Part shown: positions 1-9,891 of the stretch, in pieces
Layout: every line of letters starts with the position of its first letter
Numbering within the stretch: the stretch's first letter is position 1
Notes under the pieces: generated by a model
The model's input: only the letters and a program-made list of their open reading frames with translations
Databases searched by the model: none
Told to the model about the DNA's origin: nothing
Position numbers and translations under genes: made by a program
Source of the DNA: Christensenellaceae bacterium
GTDB lineage: Bacteria; Bacillota; Clostridia; Christensenellales; DTU072
Length of the DNA stretch: 46,128 nucleotides
NCBI GenBank assembly: GCA_031278175.1
Contig: JAITLB010000229.1
Location: 1-46,128, forward strand
Reading direction: 5' to 3'

Positions 1-321
1 TGGAGGGTACTTGGACGCTACTTGATCTGAAATACGCAACAAACACCATCTCTATTGCAGCAGCTTGGAAGTTACTTGGATGGTACTTGGACGCTACTTG
101 ATCTGAAATACGCAACAAATAACATCCCTATTGCACCAGCTTGAATGTTACTTGGACGGTACTTGGACGCTACTTGATCTGAAATACGCAACAAACAACA
201 TCTCTATTGCAGCAGCTTGGACGGTACTTGGATGGTACTTGGACGCTACTTGATCTGAAATACGCAACAAACAACATCTCATTGCACCAGCTTGGACGGT
301 ACTTGGGTGTTGCTTGGGTGT
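1..321. repeat. Tandem repeat, 76-bp unit (~4 copies, may extend left of the window), with internal 11-bp CTTGG-N6 subrepeats
   Basis: GGTACTTGGACGCTACTTGATCTGAAATACGCAACAAA recurs at 6, 82, 158 and 234 (76-bp period). The last unit has a 1-bp deletion and decays into CTTGGGTGTTG CTTGGGTGTTT. Confidence 0.9.
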
Positions 322-737
322 TTGAATCTGTGGGATCGACAACTAAGACAAAACCATATTCGCTGATGTAATAAATAGATTTTCATAATCCGCAGCAAAA
401 GTTAGCATTCTAACGCAACGAATTGAGCGACACATGGAAGTTGCTTGGGCGGGACGTGGAGAGTGATTGTACAGTTGGATCAAAGACGTTCACATTGCGA
501 TTTCTGCCTAAAATCGTTCTCTTATTATTAAAATCAATAAGGTCCATGCCGAATAAGGTTATATCATTGGATTGTTAGTCGGTTGTCACTGCTACTCATG
601 TGGAGTGCATGTAGATTCAATTCGCACACGATGTCGTTCGTTATGTATTTAAGTTAGCACCTCACGGAATAAATGCTTCACAAATTCACCATTTATCAAG
701 TTTCAACCAGTGATTTTAAATTTGGGGATTTCATATA

Positions 738-2124
738 TCATTGATTGCTACTATCGGGTTTGTTTGGAAGTGAATCGTTAGGGAACCTGACATAAAAGTG
801 GTTTAAGATGTTAACTCTAAAATACCCTCGATTCGTTATGCCTAGATGTCGTTGCATGTTTTCTCTTGTCAGAGGTGTTTTGCAAAACTCCAGAATCCGC
901 TTAAGCCTTGCGTCTAGATAATTATTAATATTATCTGCCGTTGCTGTCCAATGTGTCATCCAAGTTGCCATAGCTCACGTTTTTCAAAATTACGAAGAAA
1001 TCTGTTGAGGAGGAATAAAATGCTGGTTCGGCTTTGTCAGTGTATCCATACAATAAAGATGTTTCTTCTAAAATTCTTTTCAATCCGCTACCTTGCAGTT
1101 CAGCATAACCAATCCGCTCTAATATATCCGCTATAATTGGATTTCGGCATTCTGATGCGAGATGGTTGATATCACATTGTTGAATCAGTCTTCCATTAAT
1201 CATTCCACCAGGAGAATATATTTCCATACGGTCATCGAAGATGTCAAGATGAACCTCGCTACCGATAACAGACCAGTTGCGATGCATGAGTGCGTTTACA
1301 AGTGCTTCGGAAACAGCTCTCTCGGCATAATTAACCACTTTTATATGATGATTTGACATTATTCTAATTCTTGCTTTCGAATTCAATCTGGCAAATTTTG
1401 TGCTATCTTTAAGCAAGGACAAAATGTCGCCTTTAAATTCTTCTGAGTCATATGCAGTACCAATCGAGCTTTTAGTAAGTCCATTCCAGCGAGTACAAAA
1501 GATTCGCGACTGAATAAGTGGACAGTCATCCGCAAATAATAATCCCGCATAGGTAAGCGTGCTGTCGGGGAGACATAATCCGAAAGACACAAAGTCTTCC
1601 AGAGTAAGTTCTTTTTTTTCCACTCGTTTGAATGCGGCTGTTAATACAGTGAAAGAAAGATCAGTCATTTTGAAATTGGTAGGCACACTATCAAAAGAGA
1701 TATTTTTCCCTCGTCGCGCTAGTTCGTACAGGCGCTGTAGTGGCGCAGGTATACTTTCGTTATCTCTACGAACAAAAGCCGTAGACACCCCATCGGCAAC
1801 ATAGAGATATGGTCTGAGGGTGCCACTCGGAACCTTGAGCACTAATATAATTTTGCCATCATCTATGCGGTGTGGGTTAAGGCAGAACTCTGGTTGAGGG
1901 CTGATCCGATCTTTTATGAAATTGCAAATGTGTTTAGAAGTTAACTCCACATTATTTATTCCGATTATTTCGCTGGAATCGCTTACCCCGAAAAAAATTT
2001 GCCCGCCCGCGCTGTTTAAAAACGCAGAAACAGTTTTGAACCAGCTTTCGGGGCATTTTTCGTCAAGTTGCGACTTAAATTCGTATTCTGTGGTTTCTGC
2101 CACTAATCAGTTTAATATATCCAC
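738..2124 (-). pseudogene. Disrupted AlbA_2 (Schlafen-like) + HATPase_c_4/RecG-C + C-terminal wHTH protein
   Basis: ORF 931..2103 has EYEFK..VSAFLNSAGGQIFFGVSD (AlbA_2) and EALVNALMHR..IFDDRMEIYSPGG..RNPIIA..GSG. The wHTH (ILEFCKTPLTRENMQRHLGI..PNKPDSSNQ) lies in another frame (738..971). The RBS-backed GTG at 2124 is followed by an in-frame TGA at 2109-2107. Confidence 0.75.
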
Positions 2125-2559
2125 TTTATGTAGACCTCCTATAAATTCATGCCGTTAGACTATTATTAGTAGTTGCTTTAATAAAGAGCATTGAATTTTC
2201 ATGTTAAATACACCTTGAGAAGTCACGTGAGCGAGACAAGTTTTGAATTAAAGCAATTAGTTGTTTATTTGACAAATAAAACAAGCCAACATTCCTCGTA
2301 AAATTACGAAAGAGCATTTTTTGCAAACTTTAAGCAATTGCATAAAGTTTTATTATTTGCGTTACTAATGTATTATAAAGGGTATTGATAAAAATATCAA
2401 TACCCATTTGGGGAAATATCGTATTTTTTTTAGCATTGCAAAAACTCACATTGAATCGCCTCCTGTCAAGCAGACACAAATAAAATATTAAGCATCCGAA
2501 TGGATAGATGCAAAAGTAAATTAGCAACACAAAAAGTGCAATGATCGTATGTTTATTAC

Positions 2560-2588
2560 TTGTGAAAGGATTACGACTATGCTACAAT
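2560..2588 (+). promoter_or_regulatory. Sigma-70-type promoter of the methyltransferase
   Basis: TTGTGA-17bp-TACAAT with TGn extension; GGAGG RBS at 2617-2621. Confidence 0.5.
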
Positions 2589-2626
2589 GTATGAAATGCG
2601 AAAAGTAGTTGACTTTGGAGGTTTTC

Positions 2627-4768
2627 ATGGCTGATGTTTCGACGGCGCGGATGCTGAGTGAGCTAAAAATAAGCCGTTCGACTTTGTCGTCCCTAATAAA
2701 AGCGCACGGAATACAAGTGTCTTTAAGCGACACAGGGCATTATCAATGGGACGACAAGTCTTTCTCTGCGATCAAAAGCGTTATGGTAGAAAAGCAGAAA
2801 ACGCAGAGGGTCCCGATTTCGAAAATGAAGTATAAAACGATGCATATAAACAACCGCCGCTATCTCGGAAACAAATATAAGCTACTTGATTTTATAAAGT
2901 CGATAATCGCGAGTGAGTGCGCTGGTATAAACACGGTTGCGGATATTTTCGCGGGAACGGGCGCGGTCGCGTCCGCATTTTTGGATAAGAAGATTATAAC
3001 TAATGATACCTTGTATTTTAATTATGTTTGTCACATCGCGTGGTTTAGTCCTCAAAAATATGATTGCGACAAGGTTTTTGCGCTCATTGAGCAGTACAAC
3101 AACACAGCGGTAACGGAGGATAACTACGTTTCCCGAAATTTTAGCAATACCTACTTCAGCCTTGACGATTGCCGTAAAATAGGATTTATCCGCGAGGACA
3201 TAGAGGCGCGGTATAAGAGCGGCAATATAAACTTCCGTGAGCGGGCAATTCTTTTAATGTCGCTAATGTGCGCGATGGACAAGATAGCCAACACCTGTGG
3301 GCACTACGATGCATATAGGCAAGGCGCGGAGTTCGAGCGTTGTCTAGAGCTTGCTGTGCCGCAAACCGCGCAAAACAACAACGAAAACAATCAATGTTTT
3401 AACGAGGACGCAAACGAGCTTGTTAAGCGCATTGAGGCGGACTTGGTGTATATAGACCCGCCGTATAATTCGCGGCAGTATTGCGACACTTATCATTTGC
3501 TTGAGAATATAGCGCGGTGGGAACAGCCCGAGGTGTTTGGCACGGCGCGAAAAATGGACAGGACAACGCTCAAAAGCGAATATTGCACAACTGCCGCGCC
3601 TGTGGCATTTGAAAGACTGATACGCTTGATTAAGGCAAAATATATTCTTGTTTCGTATAACAACATGGCTGAAAAGGGCAACACCCGATCCAACGCTAAA
3701 ATAAGCGATGATGACATAATACGTATACTTTCGGCAAAGGGCAGGGTGAAGGTTTTTTCGGAAACCTACAAAGCGTTTACAACGGGTAGGTCGGATAGAA
3801 AGGAAAATGAGGAAAGACTGTTTCTTTGTGAGTGCTACGACTACGGAACGAAAGAACTCATGCAATCGCCGCTTAATTACATTGGCGGAAAGTATAAGTT
3901 ATTGCCGCAGATTTTGCCGCACTTCCCGAAAGATATAAATCTCTTTGTGGACTTGTTTTGCGGCGGCGGCAACGTTGGTATAAACGCGGATTGCAGGCGC
4001 GTTATTTTTAACGACAATAACAACCTACTTCGACACCTATTCGGCGCGTTTAAGAACGTAGATAAGGATGTAACCTTTGAAACAATAGACCGAATTGTAG
4101 AGGAATACGGACTTAGCAATTCAAGTAAAAACGGCTACGGGTTTTATAGTTGCAACAGCATCGATGGATTGGGTTCGTATAACTCGGAAAGATATTTAAG
4201 ATTGCGCGAGGATTTTAATAAGAAAAAATCGCAGGACTACGACTACTATATAATGCTGTACGTTTTAATACTTTACGCGTTTAACAATCAAATTCGCTTT
4301 AACAGCAAAGGCGAGTTTAATTTGCCCGTTGGCAAGCGCGACTTTAACGACAAGATGAGAGAGAAACTGTCGGCATTTATCGACAGGCTGAAAAGCGTCG
4401 ATTATAAGTTTGAAAGCGTGGATTTTCGCAAACTCGACAATGCCGAGTGGGACGACAAGACATTTGTGTATTGTGACCCGCCGTACCTGATTACCTGCGC
4501 GACATATAACGAGCAGGGCGGCTGGAACGAGGATTTAGAGCGGGGATTACTCGCATACCTTGATGGCTTGAACGAGCGCGGAATAAGCTTTGCTTTGTCA
4601 AACATTTTGCGCAGCAAGGGCAAGGAAAACAAGATTTTATACGATTGGCTCAAAGCAAACACCGCAAAATACCGCGTTATTTATCTCGATTACAGTTACG
4701 CGAATTCCAACTATCAAACTAAGGATAGGACCGCAAGCGCGGAGGAAATCCTTGTGGTGAATTATTAA
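2627..4768 (+). CDS. Fused two-domain D12-class N6-adenine DNA methyltransferase (M.FokI-like, Type IIS) with N-terminal HTH-like extension
   Basis: Two complete motif sets: RYLGNK/DIFAGTG/YIDPPY and SPLNYIGGK/DLFCGGG/YCDPPY. ATG at 2627 follows GGAGG. Confidence 0.92.
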   Translation: MADVSTARMLSELKISRSTLSSLIKAHGIQVSLSDTGHYQWDDKSFSAIKSVMVEKQKTQRVPISKMKYKTMHINNRRYLGNKYKLLDFIKSIIASECAGINTVADIFAGTGAVASAFLDKKIITNDTLYFNYVCHIAWFSPQKYDCDKVFALIEQYNNTAVTEDNYVSRNFSNTYFSLDDCRKIGFIREDIEARYKSGNINFRERAILLMSLMCAMDKIANTCGHYDAYRQGAEFERCLELAVPQTAQNNNENNQCFNEDANELVKRIEADLVYIDPPYNSRQYCDTYHLLENIARWEQPEVFGTARKMDRTTLKSEYCTTAAPVAFERLIRLIKAKYILVSYNNMAEKGNTRSNAKISDDDIIRILSAKGRVKVFSETYKAFTTGRSDRKENEERLFLCECYDYGTKELMQSPLNYIGGKYKLLPQILPHFPKDINLFVDLFCGGGNVGINADCRRVIFNDNNNLLRHLFGAFKNVDKDVTFETIDRIVEEYGLSNSSKNGYGFYSCNSIDGLGSYNSERYLRLREDFNKKKSQDYDYYIMLYVLILYAFNNQIRFNSKGEFNLPVGKRDFNDKMREKLSAFIDRLKSVDYKFESVDFRKLDNAEWDDKTFVYCDPPYLITCATYNEQGGWNEDLERGLLAYLDGLNERGISFALSNILRSKGKENKILYDWLKANTAKYRVIYLDYSYANSNYQTKDRTASAEEILVVNY

Positions 4769-4778
4769 GAAGGGTACT

Positions 4779-5122
4779 ATGCCGCATCTATAAGTTTTTG
4801 TTGGGCGCTTGGAACTACGAGTTTAAGGACAAAGGAGTTCAACCAGCAAATAGAAAGGCAGTTGGAATTGTCCTCGGACTTTTGGGCTTTGCCGATAAAC
4901 GCTGGTCAGCGGTGGTCGAAAAACAAACCCGTTCAAACACGCTATTACAACTCTATAAAGTCGCGGTAGTTTGTAATGGGCGATGCGCCAAATAAGTCGA
5001 AGGATGCACAGGAAAAAACTTCGGGATTTGTTGATATAGGGCTGATTGACGATGAGCGCAAACTCACGAGCGAGGCATCCGACTCCATAAGTGACATGTT
5101 GATTGAAAGTACGGCATTATAG
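4779..5122 (+). pseudogene. Truncated, frameshifted AlwI-family Type IIS restriction endonuclease
   Basis: The frame starting at 4793 reads SFCWALGTTSLRTKEFNQQIERQLEL..VQTRYYNSIKSR*FVMGDAPNKSKDAQEKTSGFVDIGLIDDERKLT. It is out of frame with ATG 4779, has TAG at 4967, and homology ends near 5070. Confidence 0.8.
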
Positions 5123-5672
5123 AGTGTGAGCAGACGATGGGTTTTTAAGCGTGTTGCTTTCTAATATCATCGGACAACTGCCGGGAAAGGTGGCAGATGT
5201 GATATGGGTAGCGGTTTGAGACTGTAATCAACGGCGGGCATACAGTGAAAAAGATGCTTGCATTGGACACTGTAATATTGTCAATATGACCAATATGTAT
5301 TCTGCTAATATATTTTCTATAACGTGCAATTTTATCTTAATAAAACATTGTTTAGTATACGTAAACCATACCTGTTTTGAATCCTTTTGCTTTATGCGAT
5401 GAGTCTTTACCCCAACAAACACCTATGTTTTTGCTATGCTTACGTGTAAATTGCATGCGCTTAAATGCATAAATTTAAATAAATTTTCAAATATTTAGAA
5501 AAAAGAGGAGTTTTTAAAAAATAGAGCATGTATAACCTTTTTCATAAGATTCATGTTTTAGAAAACATAATCGAATGCTATGTCATAATTCGTTCCTGGA
5601 ATTTAGGGTTCACAAAATCAATTATTATGTTGAGATGATATCGAGTGGATTAAGAAACGTTGAGATGTGATT

Positions 5673-6641
5673 TTAGATAGCATTGAAATTACAGATGGAT
5701 GCTTTCTCTTTTGCATAAAACAAGACTTCTTTGAACTGGTCTGCCGTTGATGCACTAAATATAGCTTGATGAAAATTCTTGCCACCACGGATTAGTTTGA
5801 GGTATAAAACAGCTTGTTTTTTCATCTCTCGCACTACTGTGTGCTCTGGGAAAACTTTAAGGTTTTCATCAAAATGCTCTATAACAAGGTTAAAAGCCTC
5901 TTCTTTTGTTGGTGTTGCGACACCACGAACTTCAGAAAAAATAAATGGTCTACCCAATGCCGCGCGCGCAATAGCAACACCGTCAACATTACATTCTTTA
6001 AGCATATGCTGATAGCTTTTCTGATCTACGACATCGCCATTACCAATGACAGGAATAGATACTGATTGTTTTACGGACGCTACGATATCCAGACTGCATT
6101 TTCCTGAGTATCCTGTATCGGCTGTACGACCATGTATGGTAATGGCTTGAGCGCCAGCATCTTCTGCGACTTTTGCAGCGTCTGGTGCATTAACAGAGTT
6201 CTGGGATAAACCTGATCGTAATTTTACCGTAACAGGTCTAGTATTTGCTGCTTTGACGGCTGAAGAAACTATAGCATATAATAATTTCAAATCGCGCATA
6301 ACGGCACAACCATCGCCATTTTGAACTATTTTTCGAGCTGGACATCCAAAATTGAGATCTATAATGTCAAAGCGAGAGAGTATGTCGAGGGATATTGCAC
6401 GAGCAATTATGTTTGGATCAGATCCAAATAATTGCACCGCTACAAGATCTTCGGTCGGATGCACAGCAAGAAGTGCCTTGGTTTTTTCGTTTTCATAGAT
6501 TAAGCCTTTTGCACTTATCATTTCTGTACACGTCAAATCTGCCCCGAATCTCTTACATAACATCCGTAGTCCAATGTCAGAGAAACCAGCAATAGCAGGC
6601 AAAGATAGTCCGTGCTTTAATTTGTGTTTTCCAATATTCAT
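5673..6641 (-). CDS. dusB: tRNA-dihydrouridine synthase (DusB type)
   Basis: TEMISAKGL, VQLFGSDP, DLNFGCPARKI, HGRT and GNGDV motifs. Confidence 0.92.
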   Translation of the reverse strand: MNIGKHKLKHGLSLPAIAGFSDIGLRMLCKRFGADLTCTEMISAKGLIYENEKTKALLAVHPTEDLVAVQLFGSDPNIIARAISLDILSRFDIIDLNFGCPARKIVQNGDGCAVMRDLKLLYAIVSSAVKAANTRPVTVKLRSGLSQNSVNAPDAAKVAEDAGAQAITIHGRTADTGYSGKCSLDIVASVKQSVSIPVIGNGDVVDQKSYQHMLKECNVDGVAIARAALGRPFIFSEVRGVATPTKEEAFNLVIEHFDENLKVFPEHTVVREMKKQAVLYLKLIRGGKNFHQAIFSASTADQFKEVLFYAKEKASICNFNAI

Positions 6642-7618
6642 TCCGTTTTATCTGACTCAGCATTCTCCCATTCATAAATTTTATCGCAATAGTTATCTAT
6701 AAGCGCGTTTAACGAATGTTCCATATCTATATTGTGTTGTACGGCTAATGTCAACAAATCAAACAGTTTTCTAGCGTACATGGAAGATGTATCACTTGAA
6801 TCCGTATCCACAATATCGGGTTTCGGGCGCTCTGAAGATGTAATTTGTGATAATATATTGATCTTGTTGCAGATGTGGATTAGTTTTTCAGCACGCATAA
6901 GTGCGGGGAGTGTTGCTGGGATGGATCGCGCTTTCTGTGAGGTTAGAGTTGTGCCTTTTTCCGCTGTTTTTGCCTTTTCCCAAAAAATCAAGGCTTCTTC
7001 AGCATTAGCGGCTTTGTTTTTGCCGAAAATATGAGTGTGTCTAGTTATTAATTTATGAACAAGTGCAGAAAGCATATCGTCAACAGTAAACTCATTAGAG
7101 GCTTCGGAAATGAGTGCATGAAAAACAGGTTGTAATAAGACATCGCCACTTTCTTCTAACATTTTATTTCCGTCATGCAAGTCTATAGCTTCTGCTAGCT
7201 CGTAAGCTTCTTCTAATAAGTTTTGCCGTATCGACTCATGTGTTTGCGCTTTATCCCATGGACAACCATCAGGGTCGCGCAATTGTCGCATAACCTCTAA
7301 CATATCGCCGAAACTGTGTCTTGAGCGATTAATAAATGATGATCCCGAAATTAGAACCTCATCAAAGCTGTTTATCTTCTCGAGTGATATATTGAGTACT
7401 GTGTTACCGTTATCAATTATTGATACTGTTTTATTTTCTCCATACAATGATATTAATTTAGTCTTAACACTGGCGCAAAGAGCATGGGAAATATTGTAAA
7501 TTAATAGTGGTATTGTTCTGTCTATTTCAAGTGTGCGCTTGGTAACAAAAGCACTAGCAGTGTAAACAGCATATGCGTTATTCTTTTGTATTAGGTCTAA
7601 CAGGATGGTATTTTCCAT
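6638..7618 (-). CDS. mazG: MazG/YabN-family nucleoside triphosphate pyrophosphohydrolase (shortened)
   Basis: LRDPDGCPWDKAQTHESI, EEAYE, EESGDVLLQ, KLITRHTHIFG; ATGA overlap with dusB. Confidence 0.85.
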   Translation of the reverse strand: MENTILLDLIQKNNAYAVYTASAFVTKRTLEIDRTIPLLIYNISHALCASVKTKLISLYGENKTVSIIDNGNTVLNISLEKINSFDEVLISGSSFINRSRHSFGDMLEVMRQLRDPDGCPWDKAQTHESIRQNLLEEAYELAEAIDLHDGNKMLEESGDVLLQPVFHALISEASNEFTVDDMLSALVHKLITRHTHIFGKNKAANAEEALIFWEKAKTAEKGTTLTSQKARSIPATLPALMRAEKLIHICNKINILSQITSSERPKPDIVDTDSSDTSSMYARKLFDLLTLAVQHNIDMEHSLNALIDNYCDKIYEWENAESDKTE

Positions 7619-7720
7619 AAGTCCGCCTTTCTTAGTAAATTAGAAACATCGTTTTACTTAGTATAACAAATTTAACTTCATTTGTTAATTAAACTGCAAA
7701 TGCAATTTAGTTATATTCTC

Positions 7721-9298
7721 TTATTTAATAAGATGTGATAGTTTAAGCAGGATTTTTGAGCCAGGAAGTCCTGTTAATTCGCGATCAGTAAAAACACCTA
7801 ATAATATCAGGGTTAAGCAATAAACAATAGAAATTGCTAATGCCGACAACAAGCATACTCCATTTGCGTCTGTAAATTTATCTATTGTAACAAGTGTTAC
7901 ACCAGCGATAATGCTGGTTATAGTTATTATAATACAACACTGCAAAATGCTACGCAGATTTCCTGTTAGGCGTATAATTGAAACATAATTTGCAAAACCC
8001 GCCACAAAAAAACAAACGCAAGAAGCGATGGCTATGCCTAAGATTCCTATACGCGAAGAAAGGAAAACTCCCAAGACAATTTTAGCGCATACGGCAAAAA
8101 GCATGCTCCTGACTGGTTTATAATAAAACCCCAGACCTTGCAGTGTGGATGCATATATTTGAGTAGCGGATAAAGCAATAACCGACACCGCGCTTACTCT
8201 TAATAAAAGTGACGCTGTAAGTAAATCGATTGTTGAAATTGATGGATAAAGGAGACTAAGAATTGACTCTGGTATGGCTATATATAATGCAGTAAATGGC
8301 GCACTAGCAAAAAAAGCCATTTTTGAGGCGGATTTGATTTTGTCCTTTATTGCTATGATATTATGTTGGGCTTTATCTTTGCTTAATAGAGGCGCTACAG
8401 CGATTCCAAGCGATAGAGCAACCATTATAGGGAAGTTTATTAAAGTCCCTACATAACCAGTATACAAGCCGTAATTGACAGTTGCAAGTGCCTGGTTGCT
8501 ATTTGCTACTCTGACATTTAGCGCTATCAAACTATCTGCTATTTGACTGAGCGGTAGTATTAATCCACCTAGTGTCATCGGTATAGTAAGCTTCAGTATT
8601 TCTTTGTATTGTGATCTTGCTTTTTTAATATTCAAGTCGAGCTTTAATGGCGGGTTGTTTTTTCTATAAACTAGATACAGCAGTAAGAAAGTTAGTGCTT
8701 CTGAAATTGTGACACCAGCTAGTGCTCCACCAACAGCATATGCAATGCCATATGGTAGTAGCAGCCATGCTAAAGCTAATCCTACAACAAGTTTAGCAAC
8801 AGACTCGGTAATTTGCGAGATCGCCGATGGTAGCATGTTTGAATTGCCTTGAAACCAACCACGCATAACCGCGATGCCCGATGTAAAAAACACAGCGGGC
8901 GCTATGCATATGAATCCGAGTTTTGTGTCCGAATTGCCCTGAAGCTTTCCGATAGGTCCTGATAGTATGGCTAAAACAAACGACAGAACAAGACTGGTCA
9001 ATAATAAAGCGGACATTGCAGTTTTTAAAATCTCACGTGCTTTGTTTGTTTCTGCATTTGCAAGTCTAGAACTAACGAGCATTGAAATTGCTATAGGCAA
9101 TGATCCCGAAGATGCCGATAAAAGGAACGCGTAAACAGGAAAAACCAATTGATATAGTCCCATTCCAGCTGGTTCTAATATGTGAGCTAAAGGCAGTCGA
9201 TGCACTGCTCCAATAATTCGTGCTATAAAAATTGCGAGAATTAAGGAGCTAGCACTTTTAATAAATCCATTTGAATGTTTATGCTTTCTTTTGCACAT
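7721..9298 (-). CDS. MOP-superfamily polysaccharide/lipid II flippase (YabM/SpoVB/MurJ-like)
   Basis: About 14 hydrophobic segments; GMGLYQLVFPVY, RGWFQG..MLPSAISQITE; lies next to the yabN-like gene. Confidence 0.85.
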   Translation of the reverse strand: MCKRKHKHSNGFIKSASSLILAIFIARIIGAVHRLPLAHILEPAGMGLYQLVFPVYAFLLSASSGSLPIAISMLVSSRLANAETNKAREILKTAMSALLLTSLVLSFVLAILSGPIGKLQGNSDTKLGFICIAPAVFFTSGIAVMRGWFQGNSNMLPSAISQITESVAKLVVGLALAWLLLPYGIAYAVGGALAGVTISEALTFLLLYLVYRKNNPPLKLDLNIKKARSQYKEILKLTIPMTLGGLILPLSQIADSLIALNVRVANSNQALATVNYGLYTGYVGTLINFPIMVALSLGIAVAPLLSKDKAQHNIIAIKDKIKSASKMAFFASAPFTALYIAIPESILSLLYPSISTIDLLTASLLLRVSAVSVIALSATQIYASTLQGLGFYYKPVRSMLFAVCAKIVLGVFLSSRIGILGIAIASCVCFFVAGFANYVSIIRLTGNLRSILQCCIIITITSIIAGVTLVTIDKFTDANGVCLLSALAISIVYCLTLILLGVFTDRELTGLPGSKILLKLSHLIK

Positions 9299-9308
9299 AA
9301 ATTCCCAT

Positions 9309-9827
9309 CTATGACTTAAATGGTAGAGAAAGTCTACCGCTGTTTGTTAGAAAGAACGAAATCGAGCATATCAATTGCTGACTAGTTGTTAGACATATTT
9401 TTGCATGGATATAGAATAGCAAGCTAATATATGCAATTAGTGCTAATGTGTGACGACTTAAATTTATTATTGTATTTGATTTTTGATTTGGTGTCTTCTG
9501 CAAAAAACCTGCAGGCATGGTGTAGAAGAGTGCGGCGGGCTCAATATTTTGTAGAGGCATGATTTTTGCTCTATAAGTTTCAGAGCATGTGAATGGCGGG
9601 AAGAGGATGAGAGGCAATGAGTTTGAATTGTTTTGAATCGCAGAAAAGCAATTTAAAAGGTTTATATCAGTACAGATTTTATTGTTGTACACTAGCGATA
9701 GCTTAGATGGTTTTAAAAAATGATTTAACGTGTTTTTCGCAAATAACAAGGACAAACTTATTTTACATAAACTTGCAAAATTCGAGCTTTTGTTGTTTGC
9801 AACCTCTATACTCAATGTCTTTTTCAT
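9309..9827 (-). CDS. Hypothetical protein (uncertain)
   Basis: 172-aa ORF filling the gap in a co-oriented gene run; GGAG about 9 nt upstream of the ATG; no recognisable motif. Confidence 0.3.
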   Translation of the reverse strand: MKKTLSIEVANNKSSNFASLCKISLSLLFAKNTLNHFLKPSKLSLVYNNKICTDINLLNCFSAIQNNSNSLPLILFPPFTCSETYRAKIMPLQNIEPAALFYTMPAGFLQKTPNQKSNTIINLSRHTLALIAYISLLFYIHAKICLTTSQQLICSISFFLTNSGRLSLPFKS

Positions 9828-9891
9828 ACTTGCATGCTCCTATAAATAGAGTGTGCAAAAATGGATGTATTATGATGAGAAGATGCAATTA

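Noticed and set aside
1-321. CRISPR array
   Set aside because: The whole 76-bp unit is repeated; there are no unique spacers and no cas genes in the window.
148-342. 64-aa ORF across the repeat
   Set aside because: The repeat period is not a multiple of 3, there is no RBS, and the peptide changes frame between units.
738-2124. TGA reassignment suggested by two in-frame TGAs in the AlbA_2 gene
   Set aside because: TGA ends mazG, hflX, ecfA2 and ecfT at their expected ends (two with ATGA overlaps), and the same gene also has frameshifts, so ordinary decay explains it.
4798-4995. Listed 65-aa ORF after the methyltransferase
   Set aside because: Wrong frame; the endonuclease-like peptide is in the frame starting at 4793.
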